Source: a virus
Direction: 5' to 3' (one strand)
Length of the DNA: 46,400 bases
Virus record (IMG/VR): IMGVR_UViG_3300004889_000001
Location: 1 to 46,400 of that record
Shown here: in pieces, positions 42,607 through 46,400 of the stretch
How positions within the stretch are numbered: the first letter of the stretch is position 1
How the letters are laid out: every line of letters begins with the position of its first letter
The notes under the pieces: generated by a model
Seen by the model: the letters and a program-made list of their open reading frames with translations, nothing else
Database searches by the model: none
Told to the model about the DNA's origin: nothing
Program-made: the position numbers and the translations under genes

Positions 42607-42792
42607 GTGCATAGATTTACAGCATATGACGCAACAGAGGAAGGAGGGCGCACAGATTGGATTGTTGACGACAATAAATCCGATGTGATTTGCTACGGAC
42701 TTTTTAACGAAAGCAAACGCAAGGCGCAGTTAATTGCATTTTTTAAAAACTGTGTAACCTTAGGCTTTCGCCCTCAGAATTATCACTGGTAA
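42607..42792 (+). CDS. Hypothetical protein (61 aa from a GTG start; alternative ATG at 42589)
   Basis: GAGGAGGGA lies 7 nt upstream of the GTG at 42607. Confidence 0.4.
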   Translation: MHRFTAYDATEEGGRTDWIVDDNKSDVICYGLFNESKRKAQLIAFFKNCVTLGFRPQNYHW

Positions 42793-42862
42793 CCCACCTT
42801 TAACACTTACAGAGTAAAAACCCTCAAGACCTATTACAGGCAACCCGAAAGGAGACAGAATA

Positions 42863-43666
42863 ATGGGCAAGTTATCAAAACGCGAAACCAAGCTTCACAA
42901 TGAAGCCATTGAAATTCTAAAGCAGGATATTCTAAGCGCGAAGGACAAAGAAACAGTATTGCGCCAATATAGGCCAGATGCAGACCACAACGTGAGCGAA
43001 ACGGGGACATTCTTCACACCGTTAGACCTTGCGGGTGACATGATGGTCATGAGTAATTGCGGGACAGGTTCAGTCATTGACCTATGCGCAGGGATTGGCG
43101 GGCTGGCTTACTGGCATGCGGCGCGATACGTGAACAAGCCTGAGCGAATTTTCTGTGTAGAGCGTAACCCACGCTTTGTTGAAATTGGCAAGAAGATAGT
43201 GCCCGAAGCGGAATGGATATGCGCAGACGTTTTTGACGTGCTAGACATGGACCTAGGACGCTTTCGCCTAGCTATCAGTAACCCACCATTTGGAGCACTT
43301 AAAAGACACGGAGGCAATGCCCCGCGCTACACTGGCAAGAAATTTGATCTACATGTCGTAGACATAGCCGCGCATATTGCCGACATGGGAACATTTATAA
43401 TTCCGCCTAACTCGACAAACTTTAGATATTCAGGACGCAGAAACCATGAATACTGCGAGGAGCGCGAGTATTTGAAATTCAAAGAGCAGACAGGCATCAC
43501 TTTCAGCTGTGAGAGCATAGACGCGGATTATTACCGCGACGAATGGCAAGGCACTAGCCCCGCTGTCGAGGTCGCACACGTCGATTTTACTTGCTCAGAA
43601 TATTACCACACCAAGCCGATTGCTGGACAAGAGCCAGAGCCGGCACAAATGGCCCTATTTGCTTAA
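42863..43666 (+). CDS. SAM-dependent DNA methyltransferase, N6-adenine type
   Basis: Motif I VIDLCAGIGGLA and motif IV AISNPPFG. Confidence 0.7.
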   Translation: MGKLSKRETKLHNEAIEILKQDILSAKDKETVLRQYRPDADHNVSETGTFFTPLDLAGDMMVMSNCGTGSVIDLCAGIGGLAYWHAARYVNKPERIFCVERNPRFVEIGKKIVPEAEWICADVFDVLDMDLGRFRLAISNPPFGALKRHGGNAPRYTGKKFDLHVVDIAAHIADMGTFIIPPNSTNFRYSGRRNHEYCEEREYLKFKEQTGITFSCESIDADYYRDEWQGTSPAVEVAHVDFTCSEYYHTKPIAGQEPEPAQMALFA

Positions 43667-43691
43667 CGAGACAGCCCGAAAGGATAAGAGA

Positions 43692-44306
43692 ATGAAAGAT
43701 TTCAACTTAACAGCCGCCTTGAGCACAACAAACGAATGGTTGACCCCTGAATATATAATCGACGCGCTTGGCCCCTTTGATCTTGACCCGTGCGCGCCGC
43801 CAGACAAGCGCAGACCGTGGGACACAGCCGGAGAACATTACAGCGAACCGCAGGACGGGCTTTCCTTACCGTGGCGGGGGAGGGTATGGTTAAATCCACC
43901 TTATGGCCGGGAGACGTTCAAATGGATGGCGAAGCTTGCCGAGCATAAGCAGGGAATAGGCCTTATATTTGCCCGCACAGACACAAGAGAGTTTCAGTCT
44001 GAGATATTTCCAAAGGCTAAAGCTATATTGTTTTTAAAAAGCCGCATTGCCTTTCACGGCATACATGACGCAGCGCTATTGCAGGCAGATAACGAAGACA
44101 TAAGAAAAGCCGCGCGGAAACGGATAAAAGGCAAGGAATTAATCCCAATTAATAACCGTTTTTCAGTCTTTAAAGGTGACCGCGCCAATGCACCTAGCGT
44201 GCTAATTTCTTACAGTCGCGCGGATAGCATCGCCCTAGCGTATGCCCTGCAAACGGGGAAGTTAAGCGGTAAACTAATCCACTTAGAAGGAATGGTGAAG
44301 ATATGA
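43692..44306 (+). CDS. Phage Dam-family DNA N6-adenine methyltransferase (204 aa)
   Basis: NEWLTPEYIIDALGPFDLDPCAP and VWLNPPYG...IFARTDTREFQ fit the phage Dam-family pattern. Confidence 0.8.
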   Translation: MKDFNLTAALSTTNEWLTPEYIIDALGPFDLDPCAPPDKRRPWDTAGEHYSEPQDGLSLPWRGRVWLNPPYGRETFKWMAKLAEHKQGIGLIFARTDTREFQSEIFPKAKAILFLKSRIAFHGIHDAALLQADNEDIRKAARKRIKGKELIPINNRFSVFKGDRANAPSVLISYSRADSIALAYALQTGKLSGKLIHLEGMVKI

Positions 44307-44410
44307 CCCACAAGCACCCCATAAGACCGCAGAGCCGCGCACAGAGCGCGTTTTGCATCATAATCGCGCTTGGCATAGGCTTTGCGCTAACAGCTATAGG
44401 AGCAGCTTAA
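44303..44410 (+). CDS. Small hydrophobic ORF (35 aa)
   Basis: Hand translation gives MTHKHPIRPQSRAQSAFCIIIALGIGFALTAIGAA. ATGA overlap with the methyltransferase stop. Confidence 0.3.
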   Translation: MTHKHPIRPQSRAQSAFCIIIALGIGFALTAIGAA

Positions 44411-44411
44411 A

Positions 44412-44690
44412 ATGACTTACACAGTGCTAACCGCCACAATAGCAGGCTGGGAGGATTGCTGGACTGTATCTACTATTGACCCTGAAAAGGGATGGGTAAC
44501 AGTGCCAGATCGTTACGAGACAGCCGCAGAAGCACAGGCAGAAATTGACGAAATCTTTGAAGAGTACGCCCAGCAGGTAAAGGACGGAACGCGGGAAGCC
44601 GACGAAGTGCCAGACCGTGACGAGTATTTAATCATCCCAACCAAAGACGCACAAAGCGCAACTCAACAGGAGAAAAGGATAAACCCATGA
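44412..44690 (+). CDS. Strongly acidic small protein (92 aa)
   Basis: Hand count gives 21 D/E against 8 K/R. ATG-initiated and tightly packed. Confidence 0.55.
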   Translation: MTYTVLTATIAGWEDCWTVSTIDPEKGWVTVPDRYETAAEAQAEIDEIFEEYAQQVKDGTREADEVPDRDEYLIIPTKDAQSATQQEKRINP

Positions 44691-44899
44691 CCTTAGACCT
44701 AGAACACTACATGAAAACAGGTGAGCGGGTGCTGATCAGCCTACGCGAGCTTGTGAAGAGAGACGCCACACGGAACGCCCTCGCAGACATAGCTTGCGGG
44801 CTATCATGCGACCCGACCAGATACGGAGCGCGAGTGAAGTCTCAAACGGGTCAATTCTACATTGCCGCATATAACTCTATCTTGGAGGCGCAGGCATGA
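44687..44899 (+). CDS. Hypothetical protein (70 aa)
   Basis: ATGA overlaps at both ends. Confidence 0.5.
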   Translation: MTLDLEHYMKTGERVLISLRELVKRDATRNALADIACGLSCDPTRYGARVKSQTGQFYIAAYNSILEAQA

Positions 44900-45066
44900 C
44901 ACAGAAAATCACCCTAAGCCATGATGGGCGCGTTGTGCGGCTGAATGGCATCCTAATTCATGACGGCAGAGACGGGACCAGAGACGCAGCTATGGACCAC
45001 GCCGCCACCGTACAGGAAACTATCAAAGCGCTTGGACACGACGCGCAGATTATAACAGGAGCTTAA
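44896..45066 (+). CDS. Hypothetical protein (56 aa)
   Basis: Hand translation gives MTQKITLSHDGRVVRLNGILIHDGRDG...QIITGA. ATGA overlap with the upstream gene. Confidence 0.4.
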   Translation: MTQKITLSHDGRVVRLNGILIHDGRDGTRDAAMDHAATVQETIKALGHDAQIITGA

Positions 45067-45071
45067 CAGCG

Positions 45072-45236
45072 ATGATTTATCTAACTTATTTATTTCTTGT
45101 GATGGCAATCTGGTGCATCGGGGTTTCTATTTCAGCCGCAAGGAATGGTTTGCAAGAAATTGCCAAGCAACAAAGTTTCTTTTTCTTCCTTTGGCTAATC
45201 TTGGCCTATCTAAATCTTATAGCCACAAAATTATAA
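45072..45236 (+). CDS. Small membrane protein (54 aa, two hydrophobic segments)
   Basis: Hand translation gives MIYLTYLFLVMAIWCIGVSISAARNGLQEIAKQQSFFFFLWLILAYLNLIATKL. It is flanked by identical 18-mers ATTATAACAGGAGCTTAA (45049..45066 and 45230..45247). Confidence 0.35.
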   Translation: MIYLTYLFLVMAIWCIGVSISAARNGLQEIAKQQSFFFFLWLILAYLNLIATKL

Positions 45237-45250
45237 CAGGAGCTTAAACC

Positions 45251-45571
45251 ATGTTCGCAGTATTTTGGACAATCAAAGAGGACAACGGAAACACCGTCGA
45301 CCACTACGAAACCCACGAGGACAGAGGACAGGCAGACGCACATTATAAAATGTTGCTCAATAATCCCAAGCTTTACGCCGCAGGGATCAGCACCATCAAC
45401 CAAGCCACAGAACCACAATGGATTGAAGAGGGCGCCGAGACAACCGCAAAAAATGATTTAGTGCGGGGGCTTTATGATATGATTTTAGGAGAACGGTTGA
45501 CCGAAGCAGATTGCCCTGAGGATTTTCAGTGGCTTTCAATTCGGTTGGACGAAGCAAGGGGGTTTATCTAA
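45251..45571 (+). CDS. Acidic small protein (106 aa)
   Basis: Hand count gives 20 D/E against 9 K/R. AGGAG ribosome-binding site. Confidence 0.55.
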   Translation: MFAVFWTIKEDNGNTVDHYETHEDRGQADAHYKMLLNNPKLYAAGISTINQATEPQWIEEGAETTAKNDLVRGLYDMILGERLTEADCPEDFQWLSIRLDEARGFI

Positions 45572-45957
45572 TGGACAACGTAACCGAACTCCCAACAGGC
45601 AACATGCGAGAGCTGAAGCTTATCAAGAAATACATGAGCGTAATTAACGACGCAATGAACGCTAGCGACTTCGAGACAGCCGCAGAAGCATCCGAAAGGC
45701 TCATGACTATGCTCAATAAAGCCGCACAGGGTCCGTCAGGATGCGTCAGGAGAAGCAAACGCGGCCTAGAGGGCATCACAAGAGCTTCACTGTTCATAGA
45801 GAGCTATGCGGAGCTTACAGACGGCCAGAGCATAAGCCTTAATGAAAACATCACGGAGTTGATGATAGACCTTATGCACCTACAGGAGCGACATAGTGAT
45901 ACAGAGAGTGCGTTTAACTTACTGGACGAAGCCCGCATTGGCTTCATAGTTTCATAG
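45571..45957 (+). CDS. Hypothetical protein (128 aa from the ATG at 45571)
   Basis: TAATG junction with the upstream gene. Confidence 0.5.
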   Translation: MDNVTELPTGNMRELKLIKKYMSVINDAMNASDFETAAEASERLMTMLNKAAQGPSGCVRRSKRGLEGITRASLFIESYAELTDGQSISLNENITELMIDLMHLQERHSDTESAFNLLDEARIGFIVS

Positions 45958-45967
45958 AGGAGACACA

Positions 45968-46120
45968 ATGCCAAACCCAACGAGACATCCGCAAAAAGAT
46001 TGCCTTAAGGCGATCCTGGCACATGGGCGGCTAATGAAGATCGCCGGCGCATCAGAGAAAGCTATCGCTAAAGCCATAGAGCGTAGGTGCCGCGCTTTAA
46101 GGACAGCAAGAACCCATTAA
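45968..46120 (+). CDS. Small basic protein (50 aa)
   Basis: Hand translation gives MPNPTRHPQKDCLKAILAHGRLMKIAGASEKAIAKAIERRCRALRTARTH. GAGGAGA lies upstream. Confidence 0.35.
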   Translation: MPNPTRHPQKDCLKAILAHGRLMKIAGASEKAIAKAIERRCRALRTARTH

Positions 46121-46138
46121 CCAAAAAGGACGGAAAAA

Positions 46139-46400
46139 ATGAAAAAACAAACTAAAGACCCAATCATGACCACTAACGCTGATAGATTGGCAGATGCTTT
46201 TGCTCGCGTCATTGCCCAAGTCACCATGCAAACATTCAAACCAGATGATAGGTTTAGGCGTCTCATTGCCAGAGGGACAGAAGAATTAGCCGCCTACCGC
46301 AGCGCTCAATCGGGTGAGGTGGAAGGTGACCTTGTGGAAGCTTTAGAAATCAGTCGGGGTATATGCGACGTTCTGTGGGACGAATACAAGGCGGTTAAAG
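46139..46400 (+). CDS. 5' part of the junction-spanning DUF551-like gene (continues at nt 100 of the window)
   Basis: ATG at 46139 with AAGGACGGA upstream. The frame runs through the terminal repeat into the 18..500 ORF. Confidence 0.55.
   Translation, partial: MKKQTKDPIMTTNADRLADAFARVIAQVTMQTFKPDDRFRRLIARGTEELAAYRSAQSGEVEGDLVEALEISRGICDVLWDEYKAVK
46302..46400. repeat. Terminal direct repeat, copy B
   Basis: Identical to 1..99. Confidence 0.95.

Noticed and set aside
1-46400. Lysogeny module, tRNA genes and phage RNA-polymerase promoters
   Set aside because: No integrase, recombinase, CI-like repressor pair, partition gene or protelomerase ORF was found. I saw no T-loop-like GGTTCGAATCC motifs by eye. 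There is no phage RNA polymerase gene that would require dedicated promoters. This was an eye scan, so the absence should be confirmed with tRNAscan and profile searches.

Overview
The window is one complete double-stranded DNA phage genome. Its first 99 nt are identical to its last 99 nt, so the unique length is 46,301 nt and the contig closes into a circle. One gene (46139..46400 continuing into 1..500) spans the junction.

There are four transcription blocks:
- Early (+), 42014 through the junction to 1140: small ORFs, two adjacent adenine-type DNA methyltransferases, two strongly acidic proteins, DUF551-like and DUF4031-like proteins and an HTH protein.
- Replication (-), 7352 down to 1114: RHH regulator, GapR/DUF2312-like protein, RusA, winged-HTH protein, DnaB-type helicase and an HTH replication initiator.
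- Recombination (+), 7441 to 11319: RecE-like PD-(D/E)XK exonuclease, RecT-like annealing protein and an HNH endonuclease.
- Late (-), 41848 down to 11312: fibre/spike genes, a membrane-protein cassette, TerL, portal, scaffold, capsid, T7 gp11-, gp12-, gp14-, gp15- and gp16-like tail and ejection proteins, a lysis cassette (M15 endolysin, holin, overlapped spanins) and a second fibre cluster.

I found no phage RNA or DNA polymerase, integrase, tRNA or CRISPR array. The phage is therefore a mosaic: a T7-like virion combined with lambdoid-type replication and recombination genes. The GapR-like gene suggests an alphaproteobacterial host, but this is an inference.

The most interesting features are:
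- a 1-kb non-coding, strand-asymmetric, repeat-dense region (40340..41368) with TTATGTG(G/C) cores on an exact 21-bp period, a tandem 10-mer, a 10-bp inverted repeat, a canonical G4 motif and an A-tract block;
- a 770-aa tail protein with an embedded calcineurin-like metallophosphoesterase domain;
- two nested pairs of about 31-34 nt inverted repeats bracketing the convergent early/replication junction;
- sigma70-like promoters that share a 12-nt spacer element, including a divergent pair that uses one palindromic -35 hexamer;
- a four-gene membrane cassette between the fibre and packaging genes.

All functional calls come from motifs read by eye and from gene order. None has been checked against a database.
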